Shown here: positions 30,296 to 41,427 of the stretch, one piece after another | Position numbering within the stretch: the stretch's first letter is position 1 | How the letters are laid out: the number at the start of each line of letters is the position of its first letter | Assembly (NCBI GenBank): GCA_036339735.1 | Contig: JAYZAL010000005.1 | Span: 48,684 to 112,683 of the forward strand | Source: Candidatus Poribacteria bacterium | GTDB taxonomy: Bacteria > Poribacteria > WGA-4E > UBA9662 | Direction: 5' to 3' | DNA length: 64,000 nucleotides | Program-made: the position numbers and the translations under genes | The notes under the pieces: generated by a model | Seen by the model: the letters and a program-made list of their open reading frames with translations, nothing else | Databases searched by the model: none | What the model was told of the DNA's origin: nothing

Positions 30296-31198
30296 GTGGC
30301 AACACTACGCGAAATACGACGACGTATCGCCAGTATAACGAAGATATCGCAAGTCACCGATGCCATGCGGATGGTGGCGACTGCCAAACTCAGGAGGGCA
30401 CAACAAGCAATTGAAGCAAACCGCCCCTATGCAGATAAATTCGGCAGGATTTTGAATCAACTGATTCACTTAAATAGTGTGACAGAAGAAAACAATACGG
30501 AGTCTCAACTTGTTCATCCTTTACTAGAAGTACGACCGGTTAAACGAGTTTGTATCATCTCTGTATCTGGTGATAGAGGATTATGTGGCAGTTTTAACGC
30601 TAACACAATTCGGACTACTAATCAGCGTTTACAACACTATCAGCAGCAGGGAATTGAAGTTGACTTAATTTGCGTAGGTCGAAGGGTCGCTGACTTTTTT
30701 CGTCGTCGGCTAACAGTATCTGGCGAATACGTGAATATATTCAATAATTTGAAATTTGAAGTGGCTATTGATTTGGCAAATAAGGTCAGTTCTATGTATT
30801 CGGGTAAGTCAGTTGATTCAGTGGAAATCATATACAATAATTTCCGGTCGGCTATCTTACAAGTGGTTCAAACAGAACAGCTTTTGCCACTTGACACCTC
30901 AGGTCAATCATTTGTTAGTGAAACTTCGGAATCAATTTCCACTGAATATCTGTACGAGCCGACTCGAGAAGAAATTCTTCACCAGATTTTGCCCAAGCAT
31001 TTAAATGCTCAAATTTGGAAGGCTTTACTAGATTCGAATGCCGCCGAGCAAGCAGCAAGAATGACTGCTATGGAGAACGCAACTCAGAACGCTAAAGATA
31101 TTATTGATGAGCTGGTACTACAGCGAAATCGTGCTAGACAAACACTAATTACCAAGGAAGTCGCTGAAATTGTCAGTGGCGCAGAGGCTTTGGGTTAG
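30296..31198 (+). CDS. atpG: F1 subunit gamma
   Basis: LREIRRRI, DRGLCGSFN, EQAARMTAM, NRARQ. Confidence 0.97.
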   Translation: MATLREIRRRIASITKISQVTDAMRMVATAKLRRAQQAIEANRPYADKFGRILNQLIHLNSVTEENNTESQLVHPLLEVRPVKRVCIISVSGDRGLCGSFNANTIRTTNQRLQHYQQQGIEVDLICVGRRVADFFRRRLTVSGEYVNIFNNLKFEVAIDLANKVSSMYSGKSVDSVEIIYNNFRSAILQVVQTEQLLPLDTSGQSFVSETSESISTEYLYEPTREEILHQILPKHLNAQIWKALLDSNAAEQAARMTAMENATQNAKDIIDELVLQRNRARQTLITKEVAEIVSGAEALG

Positions 31199-31204
31199 AC
31201 GTAA

Positions 31205-32629
<1,425 letters not shown>

Positions 32630-32651
32630 ATAACGCTGCACAGGTTATTGA

Positions 32652-33056
32652 ATGGCTGATAAATCATATGCTTTAGAAATCCGGACTCCGGAAAGGTTAG
32701 TTTTTGAAGAGCAAGTTTCTAGCGTCACAGCTCCTGGAGTTGAAGGGAATTTCCAAATCCTTGCAGATCATATCCCATTTCTAACAATCTTAACAACAGG
32801 TGTAATAAGCATTCAGACAGAGGATGGAGATCGATCTTTGGCTACGAGCGGTGGACTATTTGAAGTGTTAGCGGGACGAGTGACAGCTTTGCTAGATACA
32901 GCTGAATGGTCCGATGAGATTGATGTTGAGCGTGCGGAGGCATCGCGTAAGCGAGCTAAAGAGCGTTTGTCCTCCAGAACTAGTAATATTGACGAGATTC
33001 GTGCTGAAGCAGCCTTAAAACGTGCATTAATCAGAATAAAAATTTCTAGTCCTTGA
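32652..33056 (+). CDS. atpC: F1 subunit epsilon
   Basis: IRTPER, PGVEGNFQILADH, IDVERAE, ALKRALIR. Confidence 0.95.
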   Translation: MADKSYALEIRTPERLVFEEQVSSVTAPGVEGNFQILADHIPFLTILTTGVISIQTEDGDRSLATSGGLFEVLAGRVTALLDTAEWSDEIDVERAEASRKRAKERLSSRTSNIDEIRAEAALKRALIRIKISSP

Positions 33057-33140
33057 TTTACCAGACCAATTGATAATATCGGGAAAAACCAATCACTAAG
33101 GTGTTGGTAGGTGTCTACCCTCCTTATTTGAGGATTTAGG

Positions 33141-34748
33141 TTGTCTATTAAGAATCTAACTGAACGCTTGTGGGCTAAGGACCCTAGTCTTTGGTCAGCT
33201 ACTGTTCAGCCCAAAATACAAAACCGATTAGGTTGGCTGACTGCTCCTTGGCAGTTTCTGTCGCGTTCGGCCGAAATTACCAATTGGGCGAACCAAGTTA
33301 TAGAAGATGATTTTCGTTTTGTAGTCTTACTGGGAATGGGAGGCAGTAGTCTGGCCCCAGATGTTTTTGCACAGACCTTTGGGTCAAGCAAAGGGCTGCC
33401 TCTGGTAGTACTCGATACAACCGATCCTTCAAGTATATTATCTCTAGAAGAAAAAATTGATTTAAAAAAGACCTTGTTTCTGGTCTCTACAAAGTCTGGA
33501 TCAACTATTGAAACCTTATCTCTATTTCGCTACTTTTATCAACAAACCCAAAATAATGGTTCTCAGTTTGTAGCAATCACGGACCCTGGTTCTGCGCTTG
33601 TTGAAATAGCCAATCAGAATCAGTTTCGTGATTGTTTTCTTAATCCTGTGGATATTGGTGGTCGCTACTCAGTACTATCGTACTTTGGTCTAATCCCAGC
33701 AGCTTTGATTGGTATTGATATAGCAAGGTTACTAAATACTACAATCGACACAGACTGGCAATCTGCAGTCCAGTTTGGCCAAGAGATTGCCGAGCACGCG
33801 CTATCGGGTCAAGATAAAATGACACTGATTACTTCACCCAGAGTGAAGCAAATTGGCTGCTGGATTGAACAGCTAATTGCTGAAAGTACTGGTAAATCTG
33901 GTCAAGGTATTGTCCCCATTGATATGGAGCCACTTCACTTACCTAAAAAGGCTTTAGACTCAGATAGATTTTTTGTCTACACTAAAATTGACGTTGATGA
34001 TAGCTTACAATCTCATGTTTCACGATTAAAAAAGGATGGTTTTACCGTTTATCAACATGAGATATCTGACTTGTATGATCTAGGACGAACTTTCCTTTTT
34101 TGGCAGATTGCTACAGCTGTAGCTGGAGCCAAGATTGGTATAGACCCATTCGATGAGCCTAACGTAACAGAAAGTAAAAACCAGACAATTAAGTTACTGA
34201 AAAACTTCCCAAAGGAAAATCGATTATCAGAAGAAATAAGCCTTTTTCGAAATGATGAAATGGAAGTATTTAGTACTAAATTGAGCCCTCAAAGCTCAAT
34301 TAATGATTGTTTATCGGCGTTCTTAAACTCTATTCATAACAACAGTTACGTAGGTTTAATGGCCTATTCTAGTTCTCTGTTTCTTAACGAAGATAGTGAT
34401 AGTAATAATATAGAATCGTTTTTTGAACAAATTCGCCAGGCTATTAGCGAATCATATGGGGTTGCAACAACATTGGGTTATGGTCCTCGATATTTACATT
34501 CCACAGGTCAATTGCATAAAGGTGGTGCTAATAACGGCCACTTTATCCAAATAACGGTTGGTAAACCGGAGTTTAACGTAGAAATACCAACTACCAATTA
34601 TGATTTTTGGACACTCAAAATGGCACAAGCTTACGGTGATTTATCAGCCCTACAAGAAAAAGATCGACCAGTAATGCGTATTCACATACATCACAAATAT
34701 CTGGAAATAGGGATTCAGAAATTAGCTGAGGAGTTTGAACTACTATGA
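33141..34748 (+). CDS. pgi: Glucose-6-phosphate isomerase (type seen in Tal/Pgi fusions, here stand-alone)
   Basis: LGMGGSSL, STKSGST, IGGRYSVLS, EQLIAESTGK, PFDEPNV, GPRYLHSTGQLHKGG. Confidence 0.9.
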   Translation: MSIKNLTERLWAKDPSLWSATVQPKIQNRLGWLTAPWQFLSRSAEITNWANQVIEDDFRFVVLLGMGGSSLAPDVFAQTFGSSKGLPLVVLDTTDPSSILSLEEKIDLKKTLFLVSTKSGSTIETLSLFRYFYQQTQNNGSQFVAITDPGSALVEIANQNQFRDCFLNPVDIGGRYSVLSYFGLIPAALIGIDIARLLNTTIDTDWQSAVQFGQEIAEHALSGQDKMTLITSPRVKQIGCWIEQLIAESTGKSGQGIVPIDMEPLHLPKKALDSDRFFVYTKIDVDDSLQSHVSRLKKDGFTVYQHEISDLYDLGRTFLFWQIATAVAGAKIGIDPFDEPNVTESKNQTIKLLKNFPKENRLSEEISLFRNDEMEVFSTKLSPQSSINDCLSAFLNSIHNNSYVGLMAYSSSLFLNEDSDSNNIESFFEQIRQAISESYGVATTLGYGPRYLHSTGQLHKGGANNGHFIQITVGKPEFNVEIPTTNYDFWTLKMAQAYGDLSALQEKDRPVMRIHIHHKYLEIGIQKLAEEFELL

Positions 34749-35533
34749 AAAAAGGCATTTGCTATGGTACGTTAGCGGGCGATACAATTGAACAGCGATT
34801 TGAACTGGCCAAAGCAGCGGGTTTCGAAGGCGTTGAAATCAACACACAAGAAAATAGTCCAGATCGGAAAAAATTTAAATCTGTAGCTGAAGAAAATGGA
34901 ATTGATTTATTCAGTGTAATGAACAGCAAACACTGGGGATTACCACTTTCAGACCCAGATCCAAAGATTCGTTCCGGCTCAGTAGAAGGTGTAATTGAAT
35001 CTATTGAAACCGCTGTGGAAATCGGAGCTTCAACAGTCTTATTAGTTCCAGCTGTAGTTAATGGCAATGTTACCTATGAACAAGCGTACCAACGCTCGCA
35101 GGAAGAAATTAATAGGCTAATCCCACTGGCTGAAGAAAAAAAAGTTAAAATTTCAATTGAAAATGTTTGGAATAAATTCTTACTTAGCCCAATTGAATTC
35201 GTCAAGTACATAGATGAATTTAATAGCGATATGATTGCAGCCTATTTCGATGTTGGTAACATCTTACTGTATGGTTTTCCCCAACATTGGATTTATACTA
35301 TAGGAAACCGTATGGACAAGGTCCATATTAAAGGGTTTAACAGCAATGGATTCAAGTGGACAGGATTGATTGATGATTGCTCTATCGATTGGAATGCAGT
35401 AATGACTGCGTTAATCGACATTGGCTATGATGATTATATTACTGCTGAACTTGGTGTTGACGCTAATGATCCTATTGGTGGTGTTCACAAAATCAGTCAA
35501 GATATGGACCGGATCTTAGCTGGTCAAGTTTAA
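34745..35533 (+). CDS. Sugar phosphate isomerase/epimerase (xylose isomerase-like TIM barrel)
   Basis: AGFEGVE, IENVWNKFL, YFDVGN, VHIKG, ITAE metal ligands. Confidence 0.88.
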   Translation: MKKGICYGTLAGDTIEQRFELAKAAGFEGVEINTQENSPDRKKFKSVAEENGIDLFSVMNSKHWGLPLSDPDPKIRSGSVEGVIESIETAVEIGASTVLLVPAVVNGNVTYEQAYQRSQEEINRLIPLAEEKKVKISIENVWNKFLLSPIEFVKYIDEFNSDMIAAYFDVGNILLYGFPQHWIYTIGNRMDKVHIKGFNSNGFKWTGLIDDCSIDWNAVMTALIDIGYDDYITAELGVDANDPIGGVHKISQDMDRILAGQV

Positions 35534-35577
35534 GTCTGACGTCGATTGTACAAACAAAATTAACTTTTAGAATCCAC

Positions 35578-36375
35578 GTGGAAATCATCGTTCTTGAAAC
35601 CTACAATGAAATCAGCCAAGCGGCAGCTGAAATTGTTGTGCAAAGCGTGCAACAAGCAGAAAAAATCGTTCTTGGCTTGGCAACGGGAAGTACACCAGTC
35701 GGACTCTATCAAGAGTTAGTCGCCAGATATAAAAAAAACGAAGTCGACTTTTCTAATACAGTAACTTTCAATCTGGATGAATATGTTGGTTTAGACCCAA
35801 AACATCCTGAAAGTTATAACTCTTTCATGGAACAACATTTTTTTGGTGAAATTAATGTCCCAGCTAAACAGCAATATATTCCACCTAGTAATATTTCCAA
35901 TCTAAAGGAAATTGATCATTTTTGTCGTTGGTATGAAGAAGAAATCCAAAGGCATGGAGGAATTGATCTACAAATCCTAGGAATTGGTGTTGATGGACAC
36001 ATTGGTTTCAATGAATCTAGCTCTTCTCTTCGATCGCGTACAAGGCTAACAACGCTAGCCCGATCAACAATAGAAGCAAATTCCAAATTTTTTGATGGAT
36101 ACGTTGACTCAGTACCGAAAATGTCGATTACTATGGGTGTTGGAACCATCATGGAAGCCAATCGATGTATACTTTTGGCAAATGGAGAGAATAAAGCTGA
36201 AGCCGTAGCTAATGCAATTGAGGGACCCGTAACAGCCTCAGTTCCGGCTTCAGCGCTCCAAATGCATCCGAATACTACTATAATAATCGATGCTTCAGCA
36301 GCGAAAAAACTCAAGCATCTTGAATACTATAAGTGGGTCTACCAAAACAAACGAGAACTAGAAACACAAATTTGA
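35578..36375 (+). CDS. nagB: Glucosamine-6-phosphate deaminase
   Basis: LGLATGSTP, FNLDEYVG, LGIGVDGHIGFNE, PASALQMH. Confidence 0.95.
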   Translation: MEIIVLETYNEISQAAAEIVVQSVQQAEKIVLGLATGSTPVGLYQELVARYKKNEVDFSNTVTFNLDEYVGLDPKHPESYNSFMEQHFFGEINVPAKQQYIPPSNISNLKEIDHFCRWYEEEIQRHGGIDLQILGIGVDGHIGFNESSSSLRSRTRLTTLARSTIEANSKFFDGYVDSVPKMSITMGVGTIMEANRCILLANGENKAEAVANAIEGPVTASVPASALQMHPNTTIIIDASAAKKLKHLEYYKWVYQNKRELETQI

Positions 36376-37406
36376 TGAACGAAGAAAGATTACAAGAAAT
36401 CCTCAGTTGTTTCCCTGAAAAGCGGGTGCTAGTAGTAGGAGATTTTTATTTGGATGCCTACTGGTTAATAGACCAAAAAAAATCCACGTTGTCGCTGGAA
36501 ACCCCTTGGTACACATCTCCAGTAGTGGAACAAGACTATAGTCCTGGTGCAGCGGGAACGGTCACTAATAATCTTAAGTCTCTTGGTGTTGGAGAAGTGT
36601 ATGCTATTGGTATCATAGGACAAGATAATTTTGGCACTACGCTCCTTGAATCGCTAGAATCAAATGGATGTTCTACAGATTTTATGATTCAGACGGATGA
36701 ACGGGTGACACCTACTTATCTGAAGCCTATTTATTGTGGTCAAGACGGCGTTCGCACAGAGGGATCTCGATTTGATATTGAAAACCACACGGAAACACCA
36801 GATCTACTTCAAAATTTATTAATAACTAATTTGCGTCAATGCCTACAAATAGTCGATGCTGTTATTATTGTTGACCAAACAGCGAAAGATAACGTGGGTG
36901 GGATAACTGATTTTGTCAGGGAACATCTATGTTATTTATCCATCCAGATGCCAGATAAATTTTTTCTAGCTGATTCACGGACCCGAATTGGTAAATATCG
37001 AAATGTAATGATTAAGCCAAACCAATTTGAAGCTAAACATGCCATTGATCCCAAATGGTTCGGAGAATCAGTTTCATTAGACGAAAGTAAAAAAGCCGGC
37101 CAAAAATTGCACGAACAAACTTCTGCACCAGTTATCGTCACTTGTGGTCAGGAGGGAATTTTGACTTTCAATGAATCTAATATAAAGCATGTGCCAGGTA
37201 TTCCACTTCAATGTCAGACGGATACCGTTGGTGCTGGTGACAGTGTTAGCGCTGGGTTAATATCAACGCTAGCGAGTGGTGGTAATCTGGCAGAAGCAGC
37301 GTTGATTGGGAATTTGGTGGCTTCTGTTACGGTAACCAAAATTGGTACTACGGGTACAGCTTCACCTGCAGAATTAGTTGAAAGATTAAGTTCACTTTCC
37401 TCTTAA
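36375..37406 (+). CDS. PfkB-family carbohydrate kinase (HldE/RfaE-kinase-like)
   Basis: VVGDFYLD, PGAAG, KPNQFE, DTVGAGD; ATG 36375 overlaps the nagB stop (TGATG). Confidence 0.88.
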   Translation: MNEERLQEILSCFPEKRVLVVGDFYLDAYWLIDQKKSTLSLETPWYTSPVVEQDYSPGAAGTVTNNLKSLGVGEVYAIGIIGQDNFGTTLLESLESNGCSTDFMIQTDERVTPTYLKPIYCGQDGVRTEGSRFDIENHTETPDLLQNLLITNLRQCLQIVDAVIIVDQTAKDNVGGITDFVREHLCYLSIQMPDKFFLADSRTRIGKYRNVMIKPNQFEAKHAIDPKWFGESVSLDESKKAGQKLHEQTSAPVIVTCGQEGILTFNESNIKHVPGIPLQCQTDTVGAGDSVSAGLISTLASGGNLAEAALIGNLVASVTVTKIGTTGTASPAELVERLSSLSS

Positions 37407-37421
37407 TAGCAACGGTACCTA

Positions 37422-38225
37422 ATGGAATTGTTGGAGTCAATCATAAACAGAAGAACACATAGGGAGTCATTTTCAGATGAAAATATCTCCACGGTGCACT
37501 TGAACCACTTGATAGAGGCCGCCCGCTGGGCACCATCTCCCTTTAATGTCCAACCATGGCACTTAGTAGTAATTACAACCAATCAACAAAAGAGAGCAAT
37601 CGGAAAACTCACGGCTGATGCAATTATTGAACAATTTGGTGACCCTGAATTTTTAGACGACAATAGCCGTTGGATGCGTTCTTCCATCGAAGAGTGGGTG
37701 CGTTGTGAAGATGGCGTACTTTTGCAGGATCAAGTAAATTTACCTGCAGGATTATCAAAACCGTCTATTTTGAAGCCAGTTGTCAAGCATGCGTCTTACT
37801 TTAGTAAGTTAGGAAAAGTCGGCGGAGGAAAGCCCGCAGAAGAAACAGAAAATTTAATAAATTGCGCGCCAATGCTATTAGCAATTAGTATGGATCGAAA
37901 TCGAAAACCACCGGGGGCGGGGCATCTTCGTTGGATGTGGCTAGGGATGGGAGCAATGATCCAAAATATGTTACTAGCTGCAACTGAGCTAAAAATTGGT
38001 TCTCAGTTTATCAGCGCAGCAATCGAAAGAACCTCCGATCGTGAGAAATTATCTGAGATTCTTGATTTGCCGAGTTCGCATGAAGTGATTAGTCTACTTC
38101 GTATTGGGTACTTGGAAAAACAAAACGCAAACGAGACCACAACTCATTCTTTTAGATCAGTAAGACGAAAAACAACTGACTTCGTCAGTTATGAGACGTA
38201 CTCACAAAAAAGGCAGATGAGATAA
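37422..38225 (+). CDS. Nitroreductase family protein
   Basis: RRTHR, AARWAPSPFNVQPWH, IQNMLLAATEL. Confidence 0.88.
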   Translation: MELLESIINRRTHRESFSDENISTVHLNHLIEAARWAPSPFNVQPWHLVVITTNQQKRAIGKLTADAIIEQFGDPEFLDDNSRWMRSSIEEWVRCEDGVLLQDQVNLPAGLSKPSILKPVVKHASYFSKLGKVGGGKPAEETENLINCAPMLLAISMDRNRKPPGAGHLRWMWLGMGAMIQNMLLAATELKIGSQFISAAIERTSDREKLSEILDLPSSHEVISLLRIGYLEKQNANETTTHSFRSVRRKTTDFVSYETYSQKRQMR

Positions 38226-38243
38226 AATTATCTGCACCTGCCT
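38207..38243 (-). terminator. Probable terminator for tRNA-Leu, possibly bidirectional
   Basis: AGGCAG..AGATAA-aa-TTATCT..CTGCCT hairpin preceded by an A-run (a U-run on the minus strand). Confidence 0.5.
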
Positions 38244-38246
38244 AAA

Positions 38247-38330
38247 TGCCGGAGGTCGGACTCGAACCGACACGGGCCGAAGCCCACTGGATTTTGAGTC
38301 CAGCGCGTCTACCAATTTCACCACTCCGGC
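38247..38330 (-). tRNA. tRNA-Leu (anticodon CAA), CCA not encoded
   Basis: Reverse complement gives GCCGGAG acceptor stem, TGGTAGAC D-loop, CTGGA-CTCAAAA-TCCAG anticodon arm, long variable arm and GGTTCGAGTCC. Confidence 0.97.
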
Positions 38331-38369
38331 GGTGTAACCCAGAAGCACATTTCTAGCAAACGCGAGCAA

Positions 38370-38399
38370 ATTCTAGCATATACTAGTCAGTATCGACAA
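38370..38399 (-). promoter_or_regulatory. Putative promoter for tRNA-Leu
   Basis: Minus strand TTGTCG, 18-nt spacer ending in TGc, then TAGAAT. Confidence 0.55.
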
Positions 38400-38407
38400 G
38401 AGAAACC

Positions 38408-39187
38408 GTGAAAGTCCCCACTAACGAACCTAAACAGTGGTTTCGCAACTCCAATATTCTACGAACTTTTTTTTCTCAGTCAATTTTTCAAAAAAGAACT
38501 TGGTCATTAATCGTAAACTGGTTGAGTTGGCAAGTGTTACCTAGTCGGCGTCGGATTTCAAAACTGATTGATCAGTTAATTCCCTTACGTGGTGATGTAT
38601 CCACTAATCGGAAATTTTTACGAGATCGTGTATTCGCTCTGACTTGTCTCAAGCTAAAAAAGTTAGACCGGCAACACCTTGTAGAATTACTTAATCATGC
38701 ATGTGAACCAACAGGCTTGGAACAAGCTTTTCTTAGTGCTATTTTCCCTCAAATCATTGGGCGAGGATTTTCGAGTATTCCTCTTCGAACCCCGAATCAA
38801 TCCCAACTTCACGTTGAAATTGGTTATTTAGCACATAATGAAGATTATTTTTTTTGGGTCCTTGAGATAGACGGAGAACGGAAAGACAATCCTGACCGTC
38901 CTACAATAGTCCCAATTCTGGAAACTCGAGGGCCAAAAAAATTCGTCAAATACCCTCTTGGTGTAGCAGCTCTAGTTAATCATTTGGATTTACGAGTCGA
39001 TTCTGTGCCCATCGAAAGCACAGATACTTTGGGTTGGATAATGAACTCACAAATCCATTTCAACCGAGTTTTAAGGGATTTAAAAAAACGAAACTACGCA
39101 GTTACAACAACGGAAGAACAGATTCTTGAATTGGGTCGGTTGAAACTATTACGCCGCCTCGGTCTACAGGAGCTAAAAAAACATTGA
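38408..39187 (+). CDS. Hypothetical protein
   Basis: 259-aa ORF filling the gap; no motif recognised; start codon uncertain. Confidence 0.6.
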   Translation: MKVPTNEPKQWFRNSNILRTFFSQSIFQKRTWSLIVNWLSWQVLPSRRRISKLIDQLIPLRGDVSTNRKFLRDRVFALTCLKLKKLDRQHLVELLNHACEPTGLEQAFLSAIFPQIIGRGFSSIPLRTPNQSQLHVEIGYLAHNEDYFFWVLEIDGERKDNPDRPTIVPILETRGPKKFVKYPLGVAALVNHLDLRVDSVPIESTDTLGWIMNSQIHFNRVLRDLKKRNYAVTTTEEQILELGRLKLLRRLGLQELKKH

Positions 39188-40280
39188 TTTCAGTTCGAAC
39201 ACCAAAGTCTCCACTTAAGTAAATTCCTGGTTCAATTGAAAAACAACAACCTTCTATCAATTGCCGTTCATCTTTACTTTCGAAATTATCCATGTTAACT
39301 CCGTTTCCATGAACCTCGACCCCAATGCTATGACCTGTTCTATGAGGGAAGTAGTCGCCATAACCAGCATTGATAATGTAGTTTCGAACAACATCATCAA
39401 CTTCAAATCCACAAACTGATTTTCCTGATAATATACGTAGTCGAATTAATTCGACGGCTTTATCTCTAGCTTGACACACTATACCGAAAATGTGGTTGTA
39501 TTTACCAGGTACCTGAGTTCCAACGTAGCCTACCCAGGTTGTATCAGCAAAAATAGCAGATTGTTCGTTTTTTTTAGCCCATAAATCTATCAAAACTAAG
39601 TCGCCTTCATTGATTGAATTATGATTACTAATGGTAGGTGAATAGTGTGGGTCCGCAGTGTTGGCATTGACTGCAACTATAGGAGGAAAGTCAGTAACCA
39701 AACCATAAGTTTCAAAGTCGGCCATGATACGCTGTTGTACAGTATATTCCGTTATTACATTTCCATTCTTTATGTTCTTTCCAATCCAGTCGAATGCATC
39801 AGTTTTGATAGATAAAATTTGTTGTGCTGTTTGGTGATGGCCATCAAGCTGTTCCGTTGACAATTTTCCTTCGATGTGTTGTACCAAGTCTGCAGAACTA
39901 ACGACTTCAGTACCAGACGATTTTACTAATTCCAAAGTACCAGCATCAACCCGAGATACATAAGGTATGTTCGGTGAGTATTCCATCGCAACAGACGGTT
40001 GATCCACTAATAATTGAGTTAACTTTACCGTTAATTCCTGCCAACTTCGATAAACCCAAACTTCGCCGACCACACCTCGAAATTGAGATTGTTCAATATG
40101 TTGAATTAACCAGATAGGTGAGCGATCAACAAAAATACAACAAAACCACCGCCTGGTAATTTTCTGTTTTGCTAAACCTGCTACTCGTTGCGATATTGGA
40201 TTTGAACCGCGGAAGTCGTATAGCAGCCAAGACGAGAGATTCAATTTTCGAAGATGTTTTTGTATGTTGGGAATATCCAA
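39102..40280 (-). CDS. M24 family metallopeptidase (Xaa-Pro aminopeptidase-like)
   Basis: DPHY, LIDLWAK, ADTTW, HRTGHSIG, SIEPGIY, GVRTE. Confidence 0.92.
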   Translation of the reverse strand: MDIPNIQKHLRKLNLSSWLLYDFRGSNPISQRVAGLAKQKITRRWFCCIFVDRSPIWLIQHIEQSQFRGVVGEVWVYRSWQELTVKLTQLLVDQPSVAMEYSPNIPYVSRVDAGTLELVKSSGTEVVSSADLVQHIEGKLSTEQLDGHHQTAQQILSIKTDAFDWIGKNIKNGNVITEYTVQQRIMADFETYGLVTDFPPIVAVNANTADPHYSPTISNHNSINEGDLVLIDLWAKKNEQSAIFADTTWVGYVGTQVPGKYNHIFGIVCQARDKAVELIRLRILSGKSVCGFEVDDVVRNYIINAGYGDYFPHRTGHSIGVEVHGNGVNMDNFESKDERQLIEGCCFSIEPGIYLSGDFGVRTEINVFLAPVDRGGVIVSTDPIQESVLPLL

Positions 40281-40650
40281 TATGATTTTTCAACCAATTA
40301 CAATTTCATAACTAAATAATGATAAAAACATTACTTGATTACCTGACGTGTTTTCCATTTTTTCCCCTTCAGTTTAAGGATTCTAGATCAATGAAAAACC
40401 GTATTCTAATAAACGAAAGCCATAAATCCTCACGGTTAATTGCGTCTACTAACTAACCACTTTCGCGATCACTATGTTTCCTCAAAATAACTAATCCTAT
40501 CAGACATAATGACTAGTATCCTTCCAAACACTAGAAAAACGATAGAAATTATATAAGAACTAAACCGGATTTAGATAACCAACGTATTTGAGTCATTTCC
40601 ATTTTAAATAGTAAATACAAAAAAGATCATATATCAATGTACATAAAAGC

Positions 40651-41016
40651 TTAACTCTGTTGTGGTTGAGGTTCACTATCATCTGAAGATGGACTGTCTT
40701 CGGAATCGCTATTCTCAACAGAAGGTGGAGAATTATTGGCAGAATTGACAAAGGACATTCTCAAATTGTAGAGAGTATTTTCCATGAAATTCTTCTCAGG
40801 CATTGTCAGATTCCCTTCAGTTTTTTCCTTTAGTAATTCAATTGTATCGATCATTCGCTTAGCAATGCTCAAATCAACAAACACTTTTTTAGTTTCAGGG
40901 TCCTGCATTCCACCTAGATAAGCCATTGCCGTCCCTGCATATTCTGAGACTAGACCTTCAAATGTAACGTTAGTCCCAACCGAGTTTTCTATTATATGTT
41001 CATTTTCTTTGCTCAT
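40651..41016 (-). CDS. DUF1844 family protein
   Basis: AMAYLG..DP, AKRMIDTIELLKEKTEGNLT, LYNLRMSFV; RBS AAGGAG. Confidence 0.85.
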   Translation of the reverse strand: MSKENEHIIENSVGTNVTFEGLVSEYAGTAMAYLGGMQDPETKKVFVDLSIAKRMIDTIELLKEKTEGNLTMPEKNFMENTLYNLRMSFVNSANNSPPSVENSDSEDSPSSDDSEPQPQQS

Positions 41017-41061
41017 TAGTTATCTCCTTTATTCGAATTAAGAGCAGAAAAATATAAACGA

Positions 41062-41427
41062 CTAATCAAAAGTGATAACTTGGGCTAAAAGATAACCAGC
41101 TTGATTGTTATGAGCTGGATTTTCGTTCATAGCCAGAAAAATTACGCCGCTTTCAGGAGCAGGGTTGTCATAACGAGATCCCACGGCGATCACTTCGTCT
41201 CCAATTTTGGCTATTAGCATTCCCACATTACTACCAGGAAGGGGAAAGTTATCATTACCTGTTAGGCCTGGAATACCATCCGCACCACACCAAACTGTCC
41301 GATTTTTTCCATCAGGGGACCAGGCACCTTCTGCTTCAATTACTAATCGTTGTCCTTTCTGTATACGGACATAACTCTCTTGCCAAAATGAACTAGGACG
41401 CGCCATTTTAGTAATCGTAAAAGGCAT
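41062..41427 (-). CDS. LecA/PA-IL-like lectin-fold protein
   Basis: WQES..I.KGQ.L.IEAEG.W, G.LIAKIG, G.IFLAMNE..NN.G pattern. Confidence 0.55.
   Translation of the reverse strand: MPFTITKMARPSSFWQESYVRIQKGQRLVIEAEGAWSPDGKNRTVWCGADGIPGLTGNDNFPLPGSNVGMLIAKIGDEVIAVGSRYDNPAPESGVIFLAMNENPAHNNQAGYLLAQVITFD

Noticed and set aside
38247..39187. Genomic island integrated at tRNA-Leu
   Set aside because: No integrase and no duplicated tRNA 3' end seen; the 3' flank is a housekeeping-type operon.
40281..40650. ncRNA or small gene in the 370-nt gap
   Set aside because: AT-rich, with no convincing helices or RBS-led ORF seen.
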